A DNA stretch of 64,000 bases from a virus. The stretch's first letter is position 1. Every line of letters begins with the position of its first letter. Shown here piece by piece: positions 55,586-64,000 of this stretch. The position numbers were made by a program, and so were the translations under genes. The notes below the pieces were generated by a model. The model had not been told where the DNA came from, searched no databases, and was given only the letters and a program-made list of their open reading frames with translations. The stretch lies in IMG/VR virus record IMGVR_UViG_3300012521_000003, positions 4,659 to 68,658 of that record. One strand, given 5' to 3'.

Positions 55586-56166
55586 TAGATCACCCCGATC
55601 CTGAAACTCGGCCTGGTAGATCTCTTGGGTAGAGACCTTTGTCTGTAGGGTGCCAGCTTTGAGAGGATCTTCAATTCAGTTACATCTGAGTTGGTGTAGG
55701 ACCTATCCTCCATCCCCTCGGACTTATAGAAGAACCCATCTCCACTAGAAGCTTTAAAAGCCCAGTACCTGACGAGCTCCTCCGCTACTATGTAACACAT
55801 CTGCGGTATCGTCTCTAGACCAGCTTCATAAGAGATCTTGAGGTTCTTCCTACCGGGGGTCACGTTAGGTAGCGATATTCTGTCAGGGTAGACGTAGAAG
55901 TCTGTGTTCTCAGCCAGAGGTGTTTCTGAGTCCCCAGAGATTAAGACTATGGACTCTACCGACTTTATCGGCATGTGGTAGAGAATCAGGGTTGACGCTG
56001 CATCATAGACTTCATTTTCATAGGACTTAACCTCTAGGGTAGTATCGAGGTACTCCTCGATGAGGGAGGAGACTCTCTGGTTCACCTGACCTATAGTCTC
56101 AATAAACGACTCCTCATCAACATCGAGTAGAGTTTTAAGAAAGTCATTAGATATAAGGTTTACCAT
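55585..56166 (-). CDS. Head-tail adaptor protein
   Basis: IEEYLDTTL, PIKSVESI, ISYEAG...IP, KSEGMEDRSYT; follows the MCP gene. Confidence 0.75.
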   Translation of the reverse strand: MVNLISNDFLKTLLDVDEESFIETIGQVNQRVSSLIEEYLDTTLEVKSYENEVYDAASTLILYHMPIKSVESIVLISGDSETPLAENTDFYVYPDRISLPNVTPGRKNLKISYEAGLETIPQMCYIVAEELVRYWAFKASSGDGFFYKSEGMEDRSYTNSDVTELKILSKLAPYRQRSLPKRSTRPSFRIGVI

Positions 56167-56223
56167 GAGAGACCTCCTCCCTAAGCTTCGAGTGGTTCAC
56201 TTAGCCATCAGGCCGCCTGTAGA

Positions 56224-57195
56224 TTAATCGCCGTCAGTCTCGCCAGTCCCGTCAGGCTCGTTGTCAATCGCCATCTGGTTAACCAGTACGTTGTCGAGGA
56301 GACCGCAAGCGTCAGCTTCCTCGATTGCGAAGTCAACCTTGACTGTAACAACGATAATGATCTGGCGGGCCGAGATATCCTTATCAGTCTCGATCTGGAC
56401 CTTGCGGGTAAAGCCAGCGATAAGGTTCTTCGGGTGGGTGAGCAGAGCCTTCGTGAGGTTGTCGTCGGATACCGGCACCATTGCGCAGGGCTGAATCTCA
56501 TAGCCGAGAGCCGTAGCATTGGTGTTCTGGAGTAGGAAGCGGTCACCAGCAACAGTGTTGCGAGAAGCGATAGCTTCTTTCCAGTCGAGGTCAAGAGCAT
56601 GAGAGGTGTAAATTCTCCAGTCAGCCGGGTTCCTGCGGTACTTGGGCGGGACAGCACCGATGAGGCGTCTCCAAGCATTCGTATTAATCGGGGAGCCGTT
56701 GGCATCGACGACATGCTGGTTGGCCTTCTTGAGGATACCATCTACAAGCTTGAGGTACGGGTCAGAAGAGGTGGTGTCGCCGTTCAGCATAAGCTCTTCG
56801 AGGTCGAGAGCTACACGCTCCTGAATCATAGACATAATCGTATTCTTCAGCTGACCTCTCTCAATGTTGTTCTCAAGAGTGTCATAAGAGATACGAACTT
56901 CGGCTATGACTTCCTTTGTGGTGAGCTCAACCTTGCCGAAGGAGGGCTTTGCATACTGGTCAGAGGTCAGGGCTACGTTCTCTACCGCGGGTCTCAGGAT
57001 ACGGGATCCAAAGCCGATTTTCTCAATCTTCTTGGACTCGCCATCGATGAGAACTGTGCGGCAGGCTCTCAGAAGTGTGGGCTGGTCGATAACGCCGCGC
57101 AGGAACTTCTCCGACTGCATGGGATTAAGATAACCCCCGGACTGAAGGTCAGCAGAAGCAAGTGCGCCTTTTACCAAGGTTTCAGTATTCTCCAT
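56224..57195 (-). CDS. Major capsid protein (HK97 fold)
   Basis: GGYLNPMQSEKFL, KIEKIGFGSRIL, ALDLEELMLNGD, LLTHPKNLI. Confidence 0.92.
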   Translation of the reverse strand: MENTETLVKGALASADLQSGGYLNPMQSEKFLRGVIDQPTLLRACRTVLIDGESKKIEKIGFGSRILRPAVENVALTSDQYAKPSFGKVELTTKEVIAEVRISYDTLENNIERGQLKNTIMSMIQERVALDLEELMLNGDTTSSDPYLKLVDGILKKANQHVVDANGSPINTNAWRRLIGAVPPKYRRNPADWRIYTSHALDLDWKEAIASRNTVAGDRFLLQNTNATALGYEIQPCAMVPVSDDNLTKALLTHPKNLIAGFTRKVQIETDKDISARQIIIVVTVKVDFAIEEADACGLLDNVLVNQMAIDNEPDGTGETDGD

Positions 57196-57230
57196 TGTAG
57201 TTCCTCCTTATAAGTTAGTAGTATTCAGAG

Positions 57231-58148
57231 TTAGATGGGAAAATTGATCTCGGGCCAGGGATCGTCCTCTTTCTCAACCTTCTTGGTCGAGACGTCGGCT
57301 GCGCTCTTAGCGAGGCCTCTCATGTTCTCCATGATAGTTATTCTCTCAGAGACATCCTCAAGACTCTTTACTATCGGAGTAAGAGCCTCGGCAACTACCG
57401 ACTTCAGAACCTCGATCTCGCTAGGAGCTGCGCTCTTCTGAACCTCAGCCTCGGGTTCCTTGTTCTCCGGTTCTGCGGTCTGGGCCGTTTTCTCCAGGGT
57501 CTCCAACTTGGCCGACAGATCCTCTAGCGATTTAGTCACCGGGGACAGGGCCTCGGAGAGCATAGCCTGTACATCTTTCCTCTTCACGTTCTCGGCTCCT
57601 TTCTCAAAGTATTGTTTCTGGATAACGACATCTTCAGAGAGTATCTTCTCGATGTAGCTTCTGAAGTCGTCGATATTCTGGAGTATACGCTCCCTGCCAT
57701 TAGTTATCTTCTGGTCCCAGAAGATCTCAAGAATAGACCATCTGAGCATGTCTATGGCTTCCTGGAAGCGGTACTCCGGGTTGTTAAGCATGGAGGTGAA
57801 CGAGGCGTAGTCAATATCATTATTGATATCTGCCGCCTTCTCGACCTGAGTCTCGATTAGTCCTAGACCTTCCAGCAGGGGTCTAAACATCTTTGCAAGG
57901 AAGTTCTTAGACTCCTTAGCCACTGCCTCCTCAATAGAGGGTGCCTGGTCAGTTACAGTCTCTTCGGCCTTAGCAACGTCCTCAGTAGTCTCAGGCTCCT
58001 GAGCTGTAGCTTCACCCATAGTAGCTGTATCTTCCGGCTCTCCAGCTACAGTGGCATCGGCCGACTTGTAGATCTGTATGGGTTCGCCGTTGGCGCCCTG
58101 ATTAACGAGGCTAATCAGTTCTACACGAACGTCTCTAAGCTCTCCCAT
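57231..58148 (-). CDS. Scaffold-like protein with an XkdF-type N-terminal motif
   Basis: ELISLVNQGAN motif, then acidic coiled coil; directly upstream of the MCP gene. Confidence 0.65.
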   Translation of the reverse strand: MGELRDVRVELISLVNQGANGEPIQIYKSADATVAGEPEDTATMGEATAQEPETTEDVAKAEETVTDQAPSIEEAVAKESKNFLAKMFRPLLEGLGLIETQVEKAADINNDIDYASFTSMLNNPEYRFQEAIDMLRWSILEIFWDQKITNGRERILQNIDDFRSYIEKILSEDVVIQKQYFEKGAENVKRKDVQAMLSEALSPVTKSLEDLSAKLETLEKTAQTAEPENKEPEAEVQKSAAPSEIEVLKSVVAEALTPIVKSLEDVSERITIMENMRGLAKSAADVSTKKVEKEDDPWPEINFPI

Positions 58149-58172
58149 AGGGTTACTCCTTTCCTTGAATTA

Positions 58173-58577
58173 TTATACCGGGGGTGCTGCTGTATCGTCT
58201 CTTATACCCGTGCCGTATAGAGAAAGACCTCCGAAAGTTCCATTCTCTACACCTGCCCAGATATTAGGATCCTCGATCTTGATAGCTACTACCCAGGAAC
58301 CTTCAGGATAACCATCGGGATCGTTTTTCTGGGCTATATAGCTCTCACAGATGTAGGCGGGAACGAGGTTCATGTCGTGGTTAGTATCGACACTCCCCAT
58401 GGCCGACCTCTTCATAAAGGAATAAGCCATCTTCTCGACCTCTTCAGCAGTCATCCAGTCGCCCTGTGAGTCTACCTCGTTGGGCTTATAGACTACTCCC
58501 TTAATGATATGCTTAGAGGAGTTTTTCTTAAGGGTTGAGATTGTGATCCTCATTATAGTCACCTCAGAAGTGGGCAT
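58173..58577 (-). CDS. XkdF-like prohead serine protease
   Basis: GVVYKPNEVDSQGDWMTAEEVEKMAYSFM, DTNHD, ESYIA, GSWV, GLSLYG. Confidence 0.85.
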   Translation of the reverse strand: MPTSEVTIMRITISTLKKNSSKHIIKGVVYKPNEVDSQGDWMTAEEVEKMAYSFMKRSAMGSVDTNHDMNLVPAYICESYIAQKNDPDGYPEGSWVVAIKIEDPNIWAGVENGTFGGLSLYGTGIRDDTAAPPV

Positions 58578-58656
58578 AGTCTAAGTGAATCCTGATCTGT
58601 TCAGTTGCTAGCTTAAAAGCGGACCCGTTTAACAGGGTATACATCTCTACTCAGAG

Positions 58657-59262
58657 CTAGAGGTAATTTATATCAATGGCCGTAGGTCCTTTTACTATCG
58701 CTATTGTCAGGTGAATATCTACAATAGGCTGGATTCCATTCGCTCTTATGTCTAGAGCTCCGGGCCTCTGGTTTATACCCTCAAGGCAAGCCATCTGAGC
58801 AACCAGGATCTCAGAGGGCGGGAGATTTTCGGCTAGAGATATAGAGATGATGCTATCCTCTGTTATGTCTTCTAGTTCTACTTGGTAGAGTCCCTCCTTC
58901 CATCCATCTTGTCTCAGAGTAATATGATGTATCTTCGCGGGCTCGCTTAAGACTTGTCCGAATTTTGTAGTCCTCTGAAGAGTTACCTCCCCAGACTTAT
59001 CTACCTTTACTACTAGCTGAATACTGTCCATGTCACATACAAACCTCTCATGAGAGATCAGCTTGCCCAATAACATAAAGGTACCCTCTGAGGTGAGCTC
59101 GGTAGTGTAGAACCCATCAGGAACGAATACTTCACCAACGGGAGTCTCTACTATAGAGCCGCGAGCCCAGAGGCTTTTCCCTACTACTCGGGTACCCTGT
59201 TGGGAAGGGCCGAGGAGAGTGGCATTGTGTATTATTGAATAGTTGTTGTGCTCCATATACAC
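58657..59262 (-). CDS. Hypothetical protein in the head module
   Basis: 201 aa, beta-rich; no family recognised. Confidence 0.7.
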   Translation of the reverse strand: MYMEHNNYSIIHNATLLGPSQQGTRVVGKSLWARGSIVETPVGEVFVPDGFYTTELTSEGTFMLLGKLISHERFVCDMDSIQLVVKVDKSGEVTLQRTTKFGQVLSEPAKIHHITLRQDGWKEGLYQVELEDITEDSIISISLAENLPPSEILVAQMACLEGINQRPGALDIRANGIQPIVDIHLTIAIVKGPTAIDINYL

Positions 59263-59277
59263 CCCGGCCCCTTTTAT

Positions 59278-60198
59278 TTATTTCTTGAGCTTCTGATCTA
59301 TGTACCTCTTAGCAATGATTACTCCTTTTAGAGTCTGCTCATTGAGATTAACATCAGAGGGATTGACTGACTTCGGCGTACCTCCGTTGATAATCTCATC
59401 TTTCAGCAGCTCTGCAACGTCCTTTTGCCAATAAGGCGGGACATCCGAGAGACTAGCATAGTTGGGATTGTTTTTCCTCATCCACTTGTCCATAGCCTTC
59501 TCGAACATCGCGTCGAATTTATCTTGGGTCATCTCGTCATCCTCCTCCGGTTCAAGGTATTTTACTCCAAAGTAGTCACAGACCCCTTTACAAATTTCCT
59601 CAGCACACTCAGTCTGAAAAGCATCCGAGACCATTAGTAGGGCTTCTCTGTAGTTTGTCATGAAAGCTAGCTCTACCAGTACTGAGGCCTTAGTCCCCAT
59701 CGCAGCCGCATTACAGAGAGCGAAGTCATCGGCTAATACGCCTCTATTACGCTGCTGGGTTCCTTCAGCGAGTCTGTTAACTATACACTGGGCTAGCCTA
59801 CGGCTATCTTTTACCTTAGCAGCTACGCTGCTTATAAAGACACAGAAGCCATCAGCTGAGTTAAACGAGTAACCATCTCCAAAGGCATTAAAGTGAACAC
59901 TAATAGAGATGTCACAATTAGCCGCCTTAATAGCAGCCTGTCTCTCGTCGAGCTCAGGATTCGGGTCGTCCTTTTCGCTTTCCCAATCCCAAGCAACAGC
60001 AAAGGTGTCAAATCCGCATCGCCGAAGAGCTGTGTCAAGCTTCCTACAGACGAAAACGGCTGCCCAATGTTCCCTGTACTGAGATCCTTTCTCTATGTCT
60101 ATTCGACCGTCTCCGTCTATATCTACCGACTGAGGGAAAGGTGGAGTTCTCTTGCCGGGGGTATCGCTACCATGGCCTGCATCAATAGCGACTCTCAT
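59278..60198 (-). CDS. N-acetylmuramoyl-L-alanine amidase endolysin (Amidase_3)
   Basis: IDAGHG, YREH, SVHFNA, VLVELAFMTN; C-terminal wall-binding-like domain. Confidence 0.92.
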   Translation of the reverse strand: MRVAIDAGHGSDTPGKRTPPFPQSVDIDGDGRIDIEKGSQYREHWAAVFVCRKLDTALRRCGFDTFAVAWDWESEKDDPNPELDERQAAIKAANCDISISVHFNAFGDGYSFNSADGFCVFISSVAAKVKDSRRLAQCIVNRLAEGTQQRNRGVLADDFALCNAAAMGTKASVLVELAFMTNYREALLMVSDAFQTECAEEICKGVCDYFGVKYLEPEEDDEMTQDKFDAMFEKAMDKWMRKNNPNYASLSDVPPYWQKDVAELLKDEIINGGTPKSVNPSDVNLNEQTLKGVIIAKRYIDQKLKK

Positions 60199-60209
60199 CT
60201 AATCACCTC

Positions 60210-60563
60210 CTAAGCATCTTTCTCTCCTAGTGTGGAGATCGACCCGTCTGAATAGTCCTCTTCCTCAGGCCTCTTGGACCTGAAGATCTCGTTGTATTTA
60301 AAGACATTCTCGATAAGGGACTTAACACCCGATGTAACTGCAACTCCTAGAATAGCAGTAACTACGGTCTGTGCCAGGGCCTCGGCTATCTGTATCTTAT
60401 CGAGGAAGGCGAGTACATAGGATAAGTAGACCCAGACTATCGCATGGTTAATGATACGAGAGACTACTCTCTTAGTATACTCTCTCTGGCGTCTATCCAT
60501 AAGAGATTTGAGTAGGGTCTTCAGTCTAGAGAAAGGGGCCTTTTTCTCCTTCTTATCCTCCAT
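60210..60563 (-). CDS. Holin-like membrane protein
   Basis: Two hydrophobic segments; directly upstream of the amidase gene. Confidence 0.65.
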   Translation of the reverse strand: MEDKKEKKAPFSRLKTLLKSLMDRRQREYTKRVVSRIINHAIVWVYLSYVLAFLDKIQIAEALAQTVVTAILGVAVTSGVKSLIENVFKYNEIFRSKRPEEEDYSDGSISTLGEKDA

Positions 60564-60566
60564 ACA

Positions 60567-62213
60567 TTATTCCTCCTCTGACTCGGTGGTATTCTCAGTG
60601 CTCTCCGGATCCTCTGTATTCATCTCAGCAGCAGCTTCATTGTCCGTGTATGTCGGGTTAGCCTTGGGTTTAACAACGAGGTCCTCAATCTCCAGCTTAC
60701 CCTGCTTAACAAGCTCAAGGACTATATTGATCGGTAGATTACCCCAATCTGCTGAGATCGGTTCGAGATCCTGATTGAGAAGAGCAGATACAGCATCAAT
60801 GACCATATTCGGAGTAATGACTCCAGTCTTATGGTATACAGCAACAGCCTCAGCGAGATCCTTCTTATTAGTGATGTCGGGACCATTGAGTCTCATTTCA
60901 ACGTACTTTATACCGAGAGCCTGATTTACGAGCCTACTGATCCTTTCACTAATTTTCTGACGCTCAGGCTGGAACACCTGCTCTTCTGTTATAGCCCTAG
61001 CGACATCGGCTGTAGCCCTTGTATAGTCTTTGCTGGCTCCAGTGTATATAGGAGCGAGTCTCATAGACTCTCGTAGGCTATCTTTATTATTCTTAATGTA
61101 CTCCTGGAATAGACCATCATTCTGTATGGCATCCAGGAGCGGCTTAATCTGTATGTTTACTTTCTGCTGGGAGGTCGATGTGGGGTCACCATCGTCGAAA
61201 CCAGCACCCTCTAGTACAAGGTAGCCGAAGGCACCTTCTACTCCCTGTATGTCATTAACATAACCCTGAAGTACATCCAGACTGCTATCAGTAAGAGTCC
61301 CGTTGTTGACTATGATTGCTAGAGGAGTATGTCTGCCCTTCTGGAAGTACCTATAGTTGAGTTCTTCGGCTCGTCTAGTACCCTGTATGTTCATCATATT
61401 CCCGAGCCATCTGGGGAGCCCGTATACAGTATAAGGGGCTGGGATGTTGAATACCAGAAGTGAAGATGCCTCATCCTCGGGTGATATATCAGTCTTAATC
61501 GGATTACCTTCCGAGTCAAACTCGATCTCGAACTTTCCAGTGTTCTTGTCCATACGGCGAGGATCACCGAATTCCTTAAACCATATGGTTGTGTTGGTAC
61601 CCTCAATCTTCTGACAGTAGCGTCTGAAGCATTTCTGGAAGATAATCTTTGTGGTCTTGCCGTTCTCATCAACTGTCTCGAGAGTAACAGGCTGGGGGTC
61701 AGGGTGAATCTTAGATATCCTAATGGTATGTGCTGGAACGTACTCAAAGCCTGCTGTACGTCCCTTACCATCAGTGATTACTTCCATGCAACCAAAGCCC
61801 ATGTACTCTCTGTCATCGATTACCTTTTGGAGTATCTCACAGAAGGATGAGTCGAAGTTACAATACTTATAGAAGTTATCAGCAACAACCCACTCCTGCT
61901 TGGCCTTCTCCTTTATGGCTTCGTCGATGTCGTCGCTGTTGATGTCTACATTATAATATAGCTTATAGCCAAAGCCTGCTATATTCGTCTTGTAGGCATC
62001 AACCATAGCGCTTAGGGCACTGCTAGTCTCCCTAAATCTAGCCAACTCCTCTAGAGGATAAGGAGGGGATATAAGACCATCTTCCTCCTCTTGTTCTGCT
62101 GTGGGGTCTGTTGAGGCCTTCGAGTCTGATCCCTTAGGGACCATATTCTTAGCCTTTATGAGCATAGCTTTAACGGTCTGTTTCTTCTTATTCTCGCTAG
62201 ACAATGTTATCAT
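60567..62213 (-). CDS. Portal protein (PBSX-like)
   Basis: ISPPYPLEEL, FEYVPAHTIR, YGLPRW, NYRYFQKG, QVFQPE; follows terL. Confidence 0.92.
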   Translation of the reverse strand: MITLSSENKKKQTVKAMLIKAKNMVPKGSDSKASTDPTAEQEEEDGLISPPYPLEELARFRETSSALSAMVDAYKTNIAGFGYKLYYNVDINSDDIDEAIKEKAKQEWVVADNFYKYCNFDSSFCEILQKVIDDREYMGFGCMEVITDGKGRTAGFEYVPAHTIRISKIHPDPQPVTLETVDENGKTTKIIFQKCFRRYCQKIEGTNTTIWFKEFGDPRRMDKNTGKFEIEFDSEGNPIKTDISPEDEASSLLVFNIPAPYTVYGLPRWLGNMMNIQGTRRAEELNYRYFQKGRHTPLAIIVNNGTLTDSSLDVLQGYVNDIQGVEGAFGYLVLEGAGFDDGDPTSTSQQKVNIQIKPLLDAIQNDGLFQEYIKNNKDSLRESMRLAPIYTGASKDYTRATADVARAITEEQVFQPERQKISERISRLVNQALGIKYVEMRLNGPDITNKKDLAEAVAVYHKTGVITPNMVIDAVSALLNQDLEPISADWGNLPINIVLELVKQGKLEIEDLVVKPKANPTYTDNEAAAEMNTEDPESTENTTESEEE

Positions 62214-63924
62214 CTCCTGACTGATAGTCTTTACACTGGTACCTAGGAAGATTGCTCTTACTCGCTATCATTCTGGCCTTGCCCTTACGCCGGGTTCCTA
62301 TCCTATCTCTCTTAGAGAGAATAGCTACCAGATCCTCCATGTAAGCGAGTGCGTCCATAAGGTCATCGTGAGCTGCTGCCGGGAAATACATATACTCGTC
62401 CTCGAAAGCTTCGACGAGGTCGACAGTTTGGCCGAAGGAGTTTGTTTTAACAATAGAGGGGGGAAGAAAAACGGTGCCGTACTCGAACCTTGGTATAAGG
62501 CGTTTAATTCTATCCTCTTTCGCTACCCCGCCTGTCTTTAATTCTGTAATTCTGAAGAAGCGGTTCTGCTTCCTCATCTCTTCTATCAGCATGTAGTTAA
62601 TGGCCTCTTTACCAACTTCCTCCAGACCGAGTAGTATGGGGTCATACTTATCTTCTACCCAGAAAATCTTACGGACAATCTCTCCTGGATTAAGACTATT
62701 ACGGTCAAGGTCAATTATGTACCAATCTCCGTTATCGGCAAGAGCTAGTACAATAATAGCGGTAAAGTCTGAGTTCTTTTTCTTCTTATTGTTCGGGTCT
62801 ACTGTGACAAGTATTCTTATCTTATGTTTAATCGGGAACTCGTAGCCCTCGAGGGTGTTTTTCTTATGATCTCCTAGCCAATCAACCACAAGTATCGGAG
62901 TGTTATCGTCCGGGTTAATCTCTATATGAGACCTATGATATCTGAGCCACTCCCTCTTGAAGTCTGCGGTCTCAGCATCGACGGGATTGAGCATATACTG
63001 ACAGTTAAATATATAGGTACCTTGGGATTTTCTCTGGGACTTAAGGAATTCTTCCGTTAGTCTTTCCGGAAATAGTAGATCCCCGGGTTTGTAGGGGCCA
63101 AACTCAGCGACTATCTCTGGGAACCTAACATTAAGGATATGAGCTATATCAGGGTTTAATATAGCAGGTATTATCAAGTGGTCAAAGGTATCTCGCTCCT
63201 CTGTCAGTAGATAACCATAGAGGTCGGCGTAATTGTAACGGGTACCCACTACGATGACTGTACCGTCAGGTTCTAGAAGCGACAGAGCAAGCCTATAGTG
63301 GTCTTTAACTTTCTCTATCTGCTCTTTTGTCGTAACATTTCGAGAGGATACAAGGTCGTCCATGATTATTAGGTCATAGTGCATGCCTACCTTAATCTGG
63401 TCCAAGCCAGCGCATGAGATAGTAGGCTCTTTTCTAACTTTGGTACGACCCTCAACAATAATAGTTGACTCAGTAAGACCCTCATTTATCCTCTTGTTGG
63501 GTCTTAATTGCGGATAGAGTCTTAGTACCTCCTCGTTCTCTAGATGAGACCTTATTTCTCGAAGAAATGCCTTCGAGTTACCATAGACTTCATTATCTAT
63601 CAATATTCGGATGTCTGGGTTCTTAGCTACCTCTCTAATAGTATAGCCTATGGTAACGACTGAGCTCTTAAAACAGCCTCGGGGTAACTCAAGGTGTTTA
63701 CGCTTTGAAGGGCTATCTAGGAACTTACAGACGGGCCTATGTGTTTTATCAGCCATATCTTTATACCCGAGTATGTACTTATCGAAGTAGAAAAGGTCCT
63801 CTAAACCCTTCTGGGCTTCCTCTTTTAATAATAGGGCCTCAAGCTCAACGAGATCGTCGTCAGACATATTATCAAGGTCGTCTATCGAGTCTAGGTAGCT
63901 ATTAGTCATTAGGTTCAACATCAA
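62197..63924 (-). CDS. terL: Terminase large subunit
   Basis: LPRGCFKS, LIIMDDLV, VGTRY, FNCQY, VDP...SDFTA, HDDLMDALAY. Confidence 0.95.
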   Translation of the reverse strand: MMLNLMTNSYLDSIDDLDNMSDDDLVELEALLLKEEAQKGLEDLFYFDKYILGYKDMADKTHRPVCKFLDSPSKRKHLELPRGCFKSSVVTIGYTIREVAKNPDIRILIDNEVYGNSKAFLREIRSHLENEEVLRLYPQLRPNKRINEGLTESTIIVEGRTKVRKEPTISCAGLDQIKVGMHYDLIIMDDLVSSRNVTTKEQIEKVKDHYRLALSLLEPDGTVIVVGTRYNYADLYGYLLTEERDTFDHLIIPAILNPDIAHILNVRFPEIVAEFGPYKPGDLLFPERLTEEFLKSQRKSQGTYIFNCQYMLNPVDAETADFKREWLRYHRSHIEINPDDNTPILVVDWLGDHKKNTLEGYEFPIKHKIRILVTVDPNNKKKKNSDFTAIIVLALADNGDWYIIDLDRNSLNPGEIVRKIFWVEDKYDPILLGLEEVGKEAINYMLIEEMRKQNRFFRITELKTGGVAKEDRIKRLIPRFEYGTVFLPPSIVKTNSFGQTVDLVEAFEDEYMYFPAAAHDDLMDALAYMEDLVAILSKRDRIGTRRKGKARMIASKSNLPRYQCKDYQSGDDNIV

Positions 63925-64000
63925 CTACCTCTCCTTCATCGATAGCTAGGTTTATACCTAGTCTTCTTATACGCTCCTTTATAGAGGCGAGTCGCTCCTC
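63902..64000 (-). CDS. C-terminus of the upstream gene, probably terminase small subunit (partial)
   Basis: Open frame EERLASIKERIRRLGINLAIDEGEVVDVEPND* overlapping the terL start; identity inferred from position only. Confidence 0.5.
   Translation of the reverse strand, partial: EERLASIKERIRRLGINLAIDEGEVVDVEPND

Noticed and set aside
56599-57213. 204-aa + strand ORF
   Set aside because: Antisense shadow of the major capsid gene
58590-58640. GGGTCCGCTTTTAAGC on the minus strand resembling the element
   Set aside because: Spacing differs and the GCGCG half is missing
1-64000. Integrase, repressor, methyltransferase or glycosyltransferase genes
   Set aside because: No such motifs recognised; the genome extends beyond the window, so absence is not conclusive

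Overview
The window is 64 kb of a tailed dsDNA phage (siphovirus-type: very long tape measure protein, Dit/Tal tail tip, no sheath). The host is probably a spore-forming, likely anaerobic Bacillota, judging from AbrB, a sporulation-like sigma factor, an Amidase_3 endolysin and a class II RNR. A short + strand arm (1-4383) converges at a bidirectional terminator (~4482-4524) with a long - strand block. In transcription order that block runs: terminase, portal, lysis genes, head, tail, SNF2 helicase, replication genes (initiator with iterons, DnaC, DnaB, DnaG), sigma factor, SSB, tRNA-Leu, PolA, nucleotide metabolism, recombination, RNR, ThyX, RNase H, ligase. No integrase, CRISPR array, intein or reverse transcriptase is visible. 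The main candidate for an undescribed system is an eight-gene pyrimidine-remodelling cluster (15831-21315). It contains two thymidylate-synthase-fold paralogs that both carry the dCMP-type Asp, a ThyX-fold protein with a rewired active site, a Glf/UGM-like flavoprotein, a dNMP kinase, a HAD nucleotidase, a dCMP deaminase and a dimeric dUTPase/dCTPase. The canonical ThyX elsewhere lacks a conserved segment. Other highlights: an HD phosphohydrolase domain inside the tape measure protein, a CCC-TAA +1 frameshift candidate in a cell-wall hydrolase gene, a tRNA-Leu(UAG) with a short variable loop, and a ~80 bp intergenic element present three times with identical internal spacing. All assignments come from motif recognition by eye; no searches were run.
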